From: Haliotis rubra
Taxonomy: Eukaryota
Direction: 5' to 3'
NCBI RefSeq assembly: GCF_003918875.1
Contig: NW_025767721.1
Location: forward strand, 62,001 to 126,000
DNA: 64,000 bases
Shown here: positions 47,591 to 62,749 of the stretch, one piece after another
How positions within the stretch are numbered: position 1 is the stretch's first letter
Layout of the letters: each line of letters starts with the position of its first letter
Made by a program: the position numbers and the translations under genes
Notes under the pieces: model-generated
What the model saw: the letters and a program-made list of their open reading frames with translations, nothing else
What the model was told of the DNA's origin: nothing
Database searches by the model: none

Positions 47591-50500
47591 CGACCCGTGA
47601 ACATTTTCAACAACCCATGTTTGTCGTAAGAGGCAACTAACGAAATCGGGTGGTCAGACTTGGTTGATGCATGTCATCGTGTCCAAGTTGCGTAGATCGA
47701 TGCTCATGATGTCAATCGCAGAATCAATTATTTACGAACCACCGTCGTATATATGTAATATTGCTGAAGGCGGATTTAAACAAACACTTCTTCAGGCCGA
47801 CACTGTAGATGTGTGTGTTAGATGAGATTACGTGCCTAGCTGGCTTAGAATATAATACCTCTTAACTCGAACTCCATTAAATAGAAGCATCATTGAAGCT
47901 GACGTTACAAAATGCAGATTGAACCGTCTTGAAGATTATCACTGATATACTTACACTTTTACGAATTTAGAATTTAAAATTAAAGATCAAGCATTTTTTT
48001 GTGACCACTATATATGAATGAATTTCGGGTTATTTGAATCGTGCATGGAAACGTGACTAAGATCGTCCTAATTTGGCTTCAAACTTGTCTGGCTTGGCAG
48101 GTGTCTCTAATAAATGAACAAGCGTGTGGATGGAATATTGCTGAGTGTGGTGTTAAAGAACAATTTAAACAAACAGATAATGCTAAAAAGTCAATAACCT
48201 CATCTAACAATAATATCATAAATTGGAAAAAAAGAGAATAAATAAAAGGTTGCTCCAAGTATGTAGTGTGTCATTAATTGGCTGCGGTCCTCTCTGTGTG
48301 CAGGGATTGGATTTAACGTTGTAACACCATGCAAAAGAAAGTTATAATGATAATAGTGATAATAATACCATTTATCAACAAGTGCATTTCTCCAAGCACA
48401 ATGCATGCTCAAAGCGCCCAAACAATCTGATTATTATTACCCCGGATAAACCAAGCTGCCTGTTCCAGAAGGTTAGTGGTTGCATGCTTTATCCCACCGG
48501 GTACCCATGTTCTGCTGGGTGAACAGAGACAATTTTGAACTCGCTCACTTGCCTAAGGTGGGATTGCATATCTCATGTGCTTCGTTGTGAGACACTCTCA
48601 GGAGTCAAGTTGCCAAACACGGTCACCCATCCATTGACTCTCCGCGCACAACGTTGCTTAACTTCACCTGATCGTGACCTGAACTCTATGCACAAGACCA
48701 CACGCCGAAGTATACGCGACCCGTGAAGATCCGGGATAGAATAGGTCTTCAGCAACCCATGTGCTTGCCACAAAAGGCGACTATGCTTGTCGTAAGAGGC
48801 GACTAACGGGATCGGGTGGTCAGTTTCTCTGACTTGGTTGACACATGTCATCAGTTCCCAATTGCGCAGATCGATGCTCATGCTGTTGGTCACTGGATTA
48901 TCTGGTCCAGACTCGATTATTTACGGGCTACCGCCATATAGCTGGGATATTGCGGAGTGCGGCGTAAAACTAAACTCACTCACTCACACGCTGAAGTATA
49001 CGCCTTACACTCTCAGCATGAAAATGAGAGATGAAATGTGAATGATTGTTTGTTGTTAAAAGCCGCACTCCTCAATATTCCTACGGCGGTCTGTAAATAC
49101 TCAGTCTGAAACAGACAATCCAGTTATTAACAGCATAAGCATCTATCTTCTCAACTGAGATACGATGACATGTGTGCACCAAGTCAGCGAGCCTGACCAC
49201 CCAATACCGTCAGTCGCCTCTTACGGCAAGCATGGGGTGCTGAAGACCAATTCTAACCAGGATCTTCAAGGATGAGAGATTAAAATTTCACCTCTCTTTT
49301 TGTGATAATCTACCAACCTTATAGAGGTGGACACCAAAATATCTTGAACATATATCGCCAATCTCGGGAATGAAACAGATGTCTTAGGTGTGAACGGTGA
49401 AAGCTTAAAAACAGAAATACCCCATCCAGTCACAAGGGGCGGTAGGGTAGCGTAGTGGTTAAAGCGTTCGCTCGCCATGCCCAAGACCCGGGTTCGATTC
49501 ATTACATGGGTACAATGTGTGAAGCCCATTTCTGGTATCCTCCGACGTGGTATTGCTGGAATATTGCTAAAAGTGACGTAAAACCAAACTCACTCACTCC
49601 AGTCACAGTCAAGGGACACCCACAGCGTTTAGGGTTTTCCATATGTGACAAGCAACGGGCTGGGAAAAGAGCACCATTGTAAATCGCTATCAAAACACGA
49701 CCGATATTGTTGTAACTTTCCATCACGTTTCTACGTAAGACAATCTGGCATGGCTGTTAACGCAGTTTCTATATAGATCAGTTGGATCGGTTCATCATCC
49801 GAGCGCCCAACAAACCTCCGCATTGTCTGAATATTTACTGGGTCAAGACACTTCGACTTTGTTCGCCTCCCTGGGTTAAAAAAACCTCGCGTTGCCTGTG
49901 CACGTGCTGACAAGCACACTGTGATATTTTATGGCCCATTTGATAACTATTGTTCTAATCCTGGCAACCGCGTTCATATCGTGTGCAGCAAACACCTTTT
50001 TGAAGTCGTCTTTTCTGTCAGGTTGAACATATCACATGGAACATTGTGAAGTGTGAATGAGTGAGTTTATTTTTCCGCCGCTTTTTCCAGCAATATCGTA
50101 CGGGGGACACCAGAAATGGGCTTCACACATTGTACCCATGTGGGGAATCGAACCCGGGTGCTCGGAGTGTAGAGCGAAAGCTTGGAACATCATGATCTCA
50201 ACCCTTTGAAGTGAGCGATTCTCTTGTCCCCCACATCGATATTGTTGGAATATTGCTAAAAGCGGCGTAAAAAATAAACTCACTCACTCATGAAGTGAGC
50301 GAAAATGGCGGCGTTGCTGACTGGTGCTTTGGATGTTATGAGTGAGTGAGTATACTTTTATATCGCTTTTAACAGGGGCGGTGGGGTAGCCTAATGGTTA
50401 AAGCGTTGGCTCGTCACGCCGAAGACCCGGGTTCGAATCCCCACATGGGTACAATGTGTGAAGCCCATTTCTGGTGTTCCCCGCCGTGATGTTGCTGGAA

Positions 50501-52608
50501 TATTGCTAAAAGCGGCGTAAAACCAAACTCAGTCAGTCAGTTTTAACAATATTCCAGCAATACCACGGCGGTGGACATTAGGTTGGTTTGGTTTGTGGTT
50601 TAAATCCGCACTCGGCAATATTCCAGCTATGTGGCGACGGTCCGTAAATAATCGAGTCTGGACCAGACAATCCAGTGATCAATTGCAACAGCATGATCAT
50701 CGATCTCCGCATTTGGGATACGATGATATATGTCGACCAAGTCAGCGAGCCTAGGAATTGGCCTTACACATTGTACTAAAGTGGGAATTGAACGTTGGTC
50801 TTCGGCGTGACGGGTGAACGCTTAAACCACTGGGCTACCCGCATCTTCCTTGCAATATAAACATTAGTCTGTCTCATAATCCCTGAACCACATTATTTTC
50901 ACTTCTGCCTAACCCTCCCTGCAATGCTAAAACCCTGAATGAAGCAAGTCTAGATTTCCTCAGGTTCAGATTCTGAATGTCCCATCTTACTGGGGCTCCT
51001 TTTTAGTTTAAATGAGTTTATTCGTTATTCTACCATGATTTCAGTAAATACTGGATTGTGAGTGATTAATTAAAGCCATTCAGAGGTACATACCCACGTT
51101 CAATGCTTCTGATTTTCCAACACAGTAAGTATTTTTTGAAAATCTCAATAGCGCGTTTATGGTAGAATGGAAATAAACATACTGTGTTTGAAAATCAGAG
51201 GTATATAACGAAATTATAATAGCTGTACAGTTTTTATTTAAAACCTCACGCTTTTATAATTTCGTTATATACCTCAGATTTCTAGACACAATATGTTTAT
51301 CTCCTAACTATCAAAATTATATGTATTCGCTCGTCTATATAAATATGGACCAAGGGATATAATCGAAAAGTACATATTGTCTAATATAATGCATGAATTA
51401 ATTATTTACTGTCATGCTGATTAACAATATTGGACTGAAACTACGAAAACCAGTTAATTTTATTTATAAATAAGCTCATCCTTTTAATGAATTATCAGCT
51501 TTTACAGCTGCAGCTGACAACATTATCTGTACTCTGTAAAAATTACCAGATTCGCATTCCTCAAATTCGCCAGATTTCCTTCATCAAATTTATAAAAATA
51601 TCTCCATATCACCTGACAAGATAAATACATTCGGCATTGTTACCTATTAAAAGGGTTAATATATGTCTCTTTCAAAATTCGTGTGCTAACAAATTGTACA
51701 ATCCCTACACTCAAGGCGAAGAGTGTATTTTATTACGCTTCCTTAACGATAAGCCTAACCTGGGGGCAGAGCTACTTCCCTTTGCAAATTTGTTCAACGT
51801 CACAGCTATTACCCGGGAACGATATCTTTGTCAACGAGGAGTACACAAACGGTAAGCAAGTTGAATACGAATGCTCGAATACTATGCAGTGGTGGTTTTA
51901 CCGTTAGTTGAGGTCACCCGTACGCCCCGTACGTCACATACAGATCTGTCAGAACTGAATCCAGGATGAATACGGGTTGGGGTACATTATCCGACCTGGG
52001 GTTGTACATGAACGGGTGACTCAATGGCGGTTGCCAAGCCTCACGACACAAACATGCAACCACTGCATGTTACTGAACGTCGAGCATTCACCTTATGAGT
52101 GACCGTGGTTGTTATCTGAGTGTGTTACTGGGTAAGGCTGGGGTATATACTTCCGTAGAATGGTTTAAAGGGACGAATTCGAGGCACGTTTTCAACAAAA
52201 TAACTCGATTAAACGCCTCGTATAGTAAAATCAGAATGGAACATGCATCCCGCCTTTTCTATAAAATTCCATTCACGCTTTGATGCTCGACTGGCAAATC
52301 CACTGTCGCTTCCCGAGTTCCCCGATTCGGGTGGACCGATTCAAGGGTAGATAACTCTTGCGATATGGTCTATGCATCGACGCTTCGATCAGTTTCTGAC
52401 TGAGAAGGGGTGAAATGGAGTGTGTGAGTATGGTTTTACGCCGCTTTAGCACTATTCCAGCAATATCACGACGGAGGACACCAGAAATGGGCTGGGTGAA
52501 ATGGAGGGACGCTTTAACCACTAGTCTAACCCACCGGCCCCAGTTTTCTTGTCAGGATCACCCTTACTCAGACGTTTTACGTTATATATTTACATGTTGC
52601 AGTGAACT

Positions 52609-53646
52609 ATGGCTACAGGTGGAATAGCAGAGGAAGATCTACAGTGTCCAATATGTACCGAGGTCTTCGGAGACCCCAAAATGTTACCTTGTACACATCG
52701 GATCTGCAAATCATGCCTAAACCAATTTATCGGGTCTAGACCGAAAGCAACTACAGCCCCTTGTCCTTTATGCAACCAGCCGTTCAAAATCCCCAAGAGT
52801 GCACCTGGAAGCAGAGACTATGCATCGCGCTTCCGTACTGATGAGATTCTCCAGGGTATTGTTCATGAGAAGCAAAAGATGAAGTTGATGATCACAGATC
52901 GCCCAGTCAGCACGTGTTCCCTACACAATGCAATCAAAAGTATGTTTTGCTTCACCTGCAGCAAACTTGAATGTGTTGAATGCATTGCAATGAGACATAA
53001 ACGGTGTCAATCTAAATTCCCCTTGAAAGATGCCATTCCGCGCATACAGAACAAAGCTACAGATTACTTGGCTGAAGTGCAGCCTCTTTTGAAGGGCGTT
53101 TACAGTTCATTGTCTCGGATACATGACCAGAAACAGAAAGCGTTGGACAACTATTCAGCAGTTGCGTTTGCTCTTGATACCCAGAAAAGTACATGGATTA
53201 GTTTAGTTGAGGACCATTACGCACCCCTTGAGCAGCTGGCCACCAGAGCACATAAAGATAACATGGCCCAACTCAACACTGTCCTGTCCGAGTTGCAACA
53301 GTCACAGCGGGCTCTGGAAGAGTTCCAGTCTTCTTTGAACAAGATCACTTCCTATGTTTCTGTTGACGTACTATTTCAGGAGGAAGGCAATTATGGTAGC
53401 AAACCACCCGATCTGGAATCAATGCGGGGGTTGATGAGGAGGAGGCTGACCATAGAATCACTTAAATTTATGCCACTTCCAGTACCTCGCTTTCCAAAAC
53501 GGAATCATAAAACAGTACTTGGAGAAATCAAAAGTGGCTCGGAAGTAGTACGTGTTCATGACGACACTATGAGCACCAGAACATTAATACTTCTCATGTC
53601 TGGATGTTTGATTACCTTCTTGTTGGCAAAGTGGCGCCGTGTATGA
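52609..53646 (+). CDS. TRIM-family RING/B-box/coiled-coil protein, copy 2 (allele or duplicate of 20943-21986)
   Basis: 345-aa ORF with about 20 aa differences from copy 1 and a stop two codons earlier. Same acceptor upstream of the ATG. Confidence 0.92.
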   Translation: MATGGIAEEDLQCPICTEVFGDPKMLPCTHRICKSCLNQFIGSRPKATTAPCPLCNQPFKIPKSAPGSRDYASRFRTDEILQGIVHEKQKMKLMITDRPVSTCSLHNAIKSMFCFTCSKLECVECIAMRHKRCQSKFPLKDAIPRIQNKATDYLAEVQPLLKGVYSSLSRIHDQKQKALDNYSAVAFALDTQKSTWISLVEDHYAPLEQLATRAHKDNMAQLNTVLSELQQSQRALEEFQSSLNKITSYVSVDVLFQEEGNYGSKPPDLESMRGLMRRRLTIESLKFMPLPVPRFPKRNHKTVLGEIKSGSEVVRVHDDTMSTRTLILLMSGCLITFLLAKWRRV

Positions 53647-54942
53647 GACTGAATGGACTTTTCTATAATGGATATGAATCAGGACGGGTGACGATGTAGT
53701 CTGAGAGCCCTTGAGTTGTGTCAGTTAGGCATGCCAAAAGAATATGATCACTCGTTCAAATCCTGTTGTGGTGGTAGGGTAGCCCTGTGGTTTAAGTGTT
53801 TGCTCTTCACGTCGGAGACCAGAGTTCGATTCCCCACATGGGTACAATGTGTAAAGCCCATTTCTGGTGTCCTCCGCCGTGCTGTTGCTGGAATACTGCT
53901 AAAAGTGGTGCAAAACTATAATCACTGGACCAGACAATCCAGTGACCAACAGCATGAGCATCGATCTACGCAACTGGGATACGATGACATGTGTCAACCA
54001 AGTCAGCGAGCCTGACCACCCGATCCCGTTAGTCGCCTCTTACGACAAGCATGGGCTACTGGAGATCCATTCTCTTTATGGGTTGTGTCTGCAAGGGACA
54101 GATCGAGGACAGGATATGTTCCAGTGATTGAATGTTAATACGTGTTTGAATCATCATTATAAAAAAACATAAACTGTTATCAGAAATAAAACTTTTCAAT
54201 AACTTTGACCTTACTGTTTCTGCTCGTATTTCACCCATAGAGGGTTATACCCATTCAAATCGCCCGTAGTTATTCAGGGATTAAGAAGCTTATCATACAG
54301 ATTCGGAGGTTCAGATTGACGAAGGGCATATGAAGGTGGAATATATAAAGGGCACTCAGTTAATGCAATATGCAAAGTTAAGCGAACAGCAACGGCTTGA
54401 AAATTAGTATTGAGATGTACGCACTATGAATGACATCGTGTCTAATTGAAATAGTAGCGCCTCCGTATGCTTTATAACCCACAGGGGAACATAATATCAT
54501 GTTGGCGTGTGTACTGCCTCTGTTCAAATGTATTTGTATTATAAGATACGTCTCTTGGAGAAACATTTCTGATGGTTTATGATCTTGAACTTATAGTCAA
54601 ATTTCTTAATAAGTCCACTGCAATTTCATTGCACTTTACGCCACTTTCAGCAATATTCCAGCAGTATCACGGCGGTGGACACCTGAAATTGGCTTCAAAA
54701 ATTGTACCCATTTTGGAAATCGAACCCGGGCCTAGGCGTAATGAACGGACGCTTTAGCCACTAGGCTACCCCACCGTCCCTACATGTAGGATATGCACAG
54801 CAGTTAGCTCTGTAATTAGACCGATAAGATAGGAATCTGACGCGATTGTGTCACACAGTACTGATATTATTCCTGTGGGCTCACAATCTTGTCACTGACA
54901 CTGTCTCGGAGGTGGCCAACAGCGGCCTCAATGTTAACCAGA

Positions 54943-57900
54943 ATGGTCATCAACGTTTACTTCTTTACTCCACTGCTGGTCGGGCTTTGTTATGCGTCTC
55001 TACAGCCAGCTGTCAAGCACAACACAGAGAAGACCGAAATAACCCTGTCTTTTCCCTGTAAGTGTAAAACATACGATTATTCCACATAGAAATTTCTAGG
55101 GGTGGGTATTGTAGAGAATTTTCATATTGCGATATATTGTGATGCGAAAGCATGTATTGCGTGAAGTATTTTTATACAAAAAACTACTTATAATCGAGGT
55201 AATGCTTGATTTATAGAGCAAATACACAGCAAAATCACTATGCTTGATTAAGCTTTAATAACAACTTTTATTCATGATTAAGAATAAAAATGTGAATAAT
55301 ATTTGGCACAAATGAAAAAAGGAAATATCTTAAGATTTCCGAGTGTTACGAAGTTTTCCGAATGTCAAAATACCGGTTTTCGATCAGCGTATCGCAATAC
55401 GTATCGTTTTCATGTCTGAACAGGTAAATACCGGTAAGCCGGTTATATTGCGCAGCCCTAGTAATTTCAGTGTCAGTGGTTGCCCGGTTGTCTAGAGCGC
55501 CGCAGATCACTGTGCTATGTTGTTCCTAATGCATAACTATGTGTAGGTCTTTTACCCATTGTAGACGGAATACTTATCCAGTGGGGTTACAATTAATCTT
55601 CAGCAACCCATGCTTGTTGTAGGCGGTGACTATCAGGATCAGGCTCGCTGTCATGGTTGATGGATGGCATTGGTTCTTTAAACCGCTGTTCTTATATTAA
55701 ATGGGGCACGATAACTCGCGGCGTTGTTGTTTCATGTCAGTGATGTACGCCCATGTACACTATAACTACATGTACTTCTCAATCAAAAGGGGCGGTGGGG
55801 TAGCCTAGTAGTTAAAGCGTTGGCTCGTCACGCCGAAGACCCGGGTTCGATTCCCCACATGGGTACAATGTGTGAAGCCCATTTCTGGTGTCCCCCGCCG
55901 TGATATTGCTGGAATATTGCTAAAAGCGGCGTAAAACCAAACTCACTCACTCACTCACTCTTAATCAAAACGCGATAGCCTAGTGGTCACGCCGATGACT
56001 TGGGTTCGATTTCAATATGAGTACAGGGCCGCCTCCGTAGTGTAGTGCATAGGGCCGTGTCTCGCATAGAAACAGCATTAGAAAGACACATAGGTGTATA
56101 GACCCTACCCTATTACTATATGAAAGGAAAGGGATGTAACGACAAAACCACCCTCTCCTCAATCAAAATTAGATTTCACCACGTAAAATGTTTTTAAGGC
56201 CCCGCCGAGGCCTACGAATGGAAAGCTAGATGATTTCCCTACAAAATGAGCAAAAATTGCCGATCATGTTATAGAAAATGCCTGCTTACTGTCGAGGAAA
56301 TGATATGTAGATGTTCAATCAGTTTTTAGACCCGTGGAATATGGCTGCCGATCGAATCTAGCGCTACATAGGTGCTGTCAACGTGGCTGGAATTAATAAA
56401 CGAATTTAAAAGTTGACTTTTCGCTGTCTTGGCTGATACATGATTTTGGCTAGGAATTGTGGAGGTAGCTGTTTTTGGTGAGTTGTGGCGTATAACTTTG
56501 AAATAATGATCCGATTGTGACAATCTAGCTTTCGATTCGTAGGCCTCGGCGGGGCCTTAAAAATATTTTACGTGGTGAGGTTGGTTTTGTCGTTACATCC
56601 CTTTCCTTTTATATACACCTATTAGTCTTTCTAACGCTGTTTCTAAGAGAGAGACGCCCCTATGGTGTAGTGGTTAGAGCGTCCGCCCGGAGAGCGGGAG
56701 GTCGATCCCCGGCCGCGTCATACCAAAATACGTTAAAATATGGTACTTGTTGGTCCCTGCCTGGCGCTCGGCATTAATGGGTACAACAAGGACTGGTCGG
56801 CTCGGAGTCATGCTTAACTGCGGCATGGTATTTCAGTGAGCTAGCACTATAAAACCAGCTTAAGTCTGCTGGTGGGCTAGTACAAGCAGCCACACATACA
56901 CACGCATGCATGTCGTCATATGAGCGAAATAGTCTTAGGTACGACGTTAAACCCCATTTCACCTCACCTTACCATATGGGCAAAATGTGTGAAGCCCATT
57001 TCTGGTGTCCCCCCGCCGTGATATTGCTGGAGTATTGCTAAAGTAGCGTAAAACTAAACTCGATCACTTAATCAATACCCAATTGAACATGTATTACTTT
57101 GTTCACAAACACTTTACGGTCTGCATCAATCAATACTTTTACCACCTACACCAGCCCATGACGTCCATTCTCACGTTACTTCTCCAATGTAACATCACAA
57201 TTAACGATTGTTCAACTTTATCTGAATCACATACAAATTGGTTTTCGAAAACAAATAACATGTATTGTGAGCTTCTATTTTGGCAGATGTGGCTGGTGTT
57301 GATACGATTGACCTCTCGTATACACTCCATCTTCTGAAACAACATGTTCAGGCTTCTCACTTGACCAACAGCGTCAGACTGCATAAACAAGGTGACTATA
57401 AACGTCTGACAATATATTGTGCTTATTACATTGTCTTGGTTGATATGACAATACTAACTGTTAATCGCGTGTAGCTGTTGCATGGGTATTCGTGTACAAA
57501 TACACATTGTAAAGACCCGAGTTGTTTCTGAAACTTCTGATCCTTGGTCTTTCCATTATTCTGTCACAAAGACAAATTCCTGTAGAACGATGTAAAACAA
57601 TTAGTAATTTGTTGCTTCTATTCTGTTTGCCAAAGGAAGGTTTTGGTCCATGAGTTTGCATCTGAAACCTTTCTGTAATAAGGAGAAGGAAGGATTTACA
57701 TCTGAGGTTTAATCTTCTGATGTATACAGAAACATCTTTGTGTTGAATGCCAAAGGGAGGTGGTTGGTCCATGAGTTTGCAACTGAAACCTTTCTGTAAT
57801 AAGGAGAAGAAAGGATTTACATCTGAGGATTAATCTTCTGATTTATACACAACGTCTTTGTGTTGAATGCCAAAGGGAGGTTTTCTTCAAGGTTTTGAGT

Positions 57901-60900
57901 TTGCAACTGAAATCGTTCTGTGATAAGGAGTAGAAATGGTATTTACATCTGAAGTTTAAGGTTCTGATTTATTCAAAAGCGTTTTTATCCTGAATGCCAA
58001 AGGAAGATTTTGGTCCTCGCAGAAGACACATTTACAAGGTCATAAATTGTGTTCTCAATGTGAGATAAGATAGTTTTGCTTGTGACACAAGAACATCATA
58101 GCCTTTGCAAGATTCCAGTGCACATCTGTCACTTTTCTCGTGGAAAATGTTTAGTGACTGCTTTGATGGTATCTCCATTTTTTTCAGGTGATGGATATTT
58201 CACCTACCGGATTCAAAGCAAGAGGGAATTCACTGACAATGATGTGTTGGACTATTCGGTTAAGTACTTATCTGCCACTGGAGATGTTATTGGTCAACTT
58301 AATGATGTATACTACATCCCAGGTATGTACACCCATGGTTCATAGGCAAGGATTTAGTGTTTCAAGCACGCGTACGGTACTTATTGTACCGTACAACAAT
58401 GGTTGAAAAATGGTTGAACTGCATTATTCATAAATAATCATATAAATATTATCACATATTAACGTTTTTGGTTTTGGTTGGTTTTATGTTGTTTTAGTGT
58501 TCGTTTGTTGTTGCTATTTGGAAGGGGGATACATATGCATATTCTGCATCAACATAATGATGTATACATTATATGTTATATTACACATATGTAAATCGGT
58601 GGTACATTTGTAACATTAAATGGTCAATATCATATATCAAAACAATTTTTTTTAAAAGGGTAGTTAATATTGATTTAAAACACCCCGTATTAAGTAATAT
58701 TGTTATTTGATAACATTTCAAATTCTCTAATATAAATTGCGATAGGGCATAATCTAAGGATCTGTGATACTCAGCGGGTATGTTCATATCTTTCATATCT
58801 CAGATTCTTCTCAATTAATGTCGGTACGATGAGGTAGTGAAGTGGTGAAAGCGTTCGCTTGCTGAAGACCCGGGTTCGATTCTCCAAATGGGTACAATGT
58901 ATGAAGCCCATTTCTAATGTCCACGTATTGTTGCGTTAAACAGGGTTAAACCACTCACTCACTCTCACATATTTGTTGGTTGGTTTGCTGCTTAACGCCG
59001 CACTCAGCAATATTCCAGCTATATGTCGGCGGTCTGTAAGCAATCAGACAAGCCACGTGAATATCGATACATGCAACTGGGATACCATGACTTGGGTTAA
59101 AATTGGTCTTCAGTAGCCCATGCTTGTCCTATGAGGCGTCAGGCTATTGAATTGCTTGACAGATTTCATTGTATCCCAACTTCGTAGATCGATGCTCGTG
59201 ATGCCAGTCAATGTATTGTCTGGTCCAGGAACGATTATTTACAGACTACCTTTTTCTCGCTGGAACAGTGCTGAGAGTGGCGTAAAACAACAAACAAATA
59301 CAAAACCAATAGTGAAATAATTTTAGGATTACGTGCTTTTTAAATTTTTTATATGTGATATTTTTGTTGTTACTGTCTTTTGTCGACTTTGTTTATATTT
59401 TTATCTAATTTTATGTGTCATGAATATAATGTGACGAAATGTCCCTCTCTCACATTCACACATTTCATAATTCTGTTTCATATACCGACATTAGCTGCTT
59501 CATCGCTCAGCCCTCGATTGTACAGACGTGGAACAACCGTTCTTTACGACGATTTTCACACTAATCATCTCGACAGCAACAAATGGAGACATGAAATAAC
59601 TTGCTTTGGAGGAGGGGTAAGTTTTGCCACCAGTGTATCACTGCTTTACCTACCAGACCTCAAACCTAATAGTGAGTGAGTGAGTGAGTGAGTTTGGTTT
59701 TACGTCGCTTGTAGCAATACTCCAGCAATATCACGGCGGTGGACACTCAGAAAAGGGCTTCACACATTGTAGGGGAATCGAGCCCGGGGATTCGAATTCG
59801 GCGTGATGAGCGAACGCTTTAACTACCAGGCTACCCCATTGCCCCTGAAACCTAACCCCGTGGAGGGGTGACACCGCATTTAACACTATCCACGCCTTAG
59901 CAGAGACTGTAGCAAGAGATTTTGATTGAGAGGCTGTAGAACATTTAGTGTGACGGTCCACCGCTTTAGGAAGGGTACCAAGCGCCCCTGACCCACTGTT
60001 GTGGGGTGATTTCCTTATTGAAACCCAGATGGTAATCCTCAAAAGAACTTACTGAAATTAGAAAATAACCAGTCAAGACTGATACATTATAAAAAATATA
60101 TTGAAAAACGCAGTTTCAAAACAAGTGATACAACAGGTCTTAAAACTCAAGGTTCAGAATTTCGGAAGAAAGATGGCTGTTATCATAGTTATGTATCGTA
60201 AAGATTCGCTCGAAGATACCATAAATAAACATTAGTGAGTGAGTGAGTTTAGTTTTACGACGCAGTCAGCAACATTCCAGCTTTTTGGCGGCGGTCTGTA
60301 ACTAATCGAGTCTTGACCAGACAATCCAGTGATCAACAGCATAAGCATCAATCTGCGCAATTTGGAACCGATGACATGTGTCAACCAAGTCAGCGAGCCT
60401 GGCCACTCGATCCCGTTAGTCGCCTCTTACGACAAGCATGGGATACTGAAGATCAATTCTAGCCCGGATCTTCACGGGTGTAAATATACATTAGAACAAT
60501 ACAGATTATATTCAAACAGTACACAATATTATTTGTTACGATAATAAAGTTTATTGTTATTTTGTGTCATTCCAGGGTGGTCAGTTCCAGATGTACACAC
60601 CGGAAGCTGCCAACACCTACATAAAAAATGGCGTCCTCTATCTCAAACCGGTAGTCGATCATTTTAGTAATAATTGGATTTCATTAATGATTGTGCCAAA
60701 CTATTTTCTGTTTTAATGTATAACCTGAAGTGTTTATAATGTAAGGTTGATCATGTTAGTCTCGTTTGCGACAGGAAAGGTCGTATGACAGAATACAAAC
60801 ACCTGCAGTCATCATAGTAACTTGAAGCATAGTCTCGGGTACAGGTAAGATGGTAGGAGACCAGGTGCAGTGTTGTTGCTGGATGGATATAGGTATCTGA

Positions 60901-62749
60901 GACGAACTGCCAATAAGAATGGTACCATTCCATGGGGATGTCAATGCCTGAAAACAAAGTGTCCAGCCTCAGTCACTACAACAGCAGATGGGACTGTTGG
61001 CAGAAGAGGGGACAAACAACGAACACATCAACCTGACCAAAGCTCTATTGGTTCCTATGTCCTTACCAGTAATGAGAAAAAACGGGCACGAGAAGAGCTA
61101 ACAAGTGTACCAAAGCTCACTGTCAAAATTAGGACAACTGGCTATATTAATTACAGAAGTGAGAAATTTCACTGTCAAACTTGGGACTGTCAAAATCGGG
61201 GCAAAACCCATGTATCTGTGGCAATACTGCTTTCATACTACAGGGCGGATTTAACAAATGTTTCAGAAGCAGCGCTACATTTGGGCAAATTTGATTTGTT
61301 GATGCCAGGGCTAAATTTAGACGTAATTAGTAATGTGTGCAAACCCACCTTACGTTCTACGATGTTTGCGAGATTATTCCAACATTTTTCTCTTCAGACA
61401 TATACTGTAGACAAATTTGGAGAAAACTTTCTTTACCATGGGGATCTTGATGTTGCCAGTAAGTTGTCACTGTTTTTCTCGATTGAAAACAACTGTCATT
61501 TACAGAGCAATGGGGAACCAACCATGTCTTCTTAAATACGTCACGATACAATAACCTAGAAAATCTGGATCGTCAAGTATAGTGTTCCTCCTCCAGTACC
61601 TAACACAAGCAAAATTGCAAATTATCTAAGGATTCAGTAAAGTTCAGAGCTGGCTGTTACAAACTTAAACAAGTGTAGACAGGAGCAGGATGAAAGCCAT
61701 TGATCATTGTTATGTCATTGAATAGGTCAGAAATTCCTGTTTTCCAGTGGAATGAGGAACGTGCTACAGCAACAACGGATACCAGCGTCTGGGATCGAAG
61801 AATGAAATACCAAAAGCAAATTTGCAAATTACCTTAAAGTTTAGAGCTGGCTGTTAATGTTGAACAAAGTGTAAACAGGAATAGGATGCAGTTGCAGTCT
61901 GTCATCGCATGTCATTGCATGTCTCAGAATTATATGATTTCCAGAGCAATGGGGATCGTGCACATATTACAGTGACAACGGATGCCACCGTCTGGGATCG
62001 AAGAATGAAATCCCACCTATCATGTCATCTAAACTCTATTCCAAGGCTTCCATCACCTACGGAAGAATAGAAGTCATTGCACAGTTACCTAAAGGAGATT
62101 GGTTATGGCCAGGTGACTATTTTGGATTTTCCATGGCATTATTGTTTCCTGAAATGTTTCCGATAATCACATGCAAGGTTTACAAAAAAATACTCTCTTA
62201 AAAGGTTTTTGTTGTCTTTAATAGTTAAGGTATATACTAGAAACCATTCATGGTTCAGCTCATGAGTCGAAATTTCGAAACGAGACATGGCCCTCAAAAC
62301 AAATTTAAGTTTTTACTTGAAACAGCTGAATTTTGAACTCAGATGCAGTTTTTTAATAAAAAAAGCCTAAACAACTTAAGTATTCTATTCACCAAACTCA
62401 AACTGTCTACTATGTTTGAGTTTAATATCGATTTCAGTTCATTCTGGGAAATGCGTTTTCTCAAATTTACTTAAGTCAAAATTAAGTTTGTTTCGAGAAA
62501 TCGGGCCCTGAACAATCAATGCCAATGTTTAAGCTAACAGTGAATGTTTGTTTGACACAACAAACTACTCCTAACGAAACATCACAGCTTGATCTATTCA
62601 TTAAGGTATAAAACTGTAAGTGTATTAGTTAATCATTTTTACTAATCATCTAATGTTTACCAAAGCAATATGGATGCTTCCTCCTAAAAGGCCATGGAAA
62701 TATGGCGGATGGCCAGCTTCCGGCGAGATAGACATTATGGAGGCTAGAG
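54943..62749 (+). CDS. GH16 beta-1,3-glucanase gene A' (allele or duplicate of gene A), exons 1-8; continues beyond the window
   Basis: Exons: 54943-55057, 57287-57391, 58188-58322, 59495-59616, 60576-60650, 61398-61458, 61945-62112, 62666-62749. WPASGEIDIMEARG intact. Confidence 0.92.
55789..55958 (+). mobile_element. SINE family 1 insertion absent from the first copy of the region
   Basis: Consensus-like sequence; TSD ct(c/t)aatcaaaa; empty site at ~24069. Confidence 0.9.
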
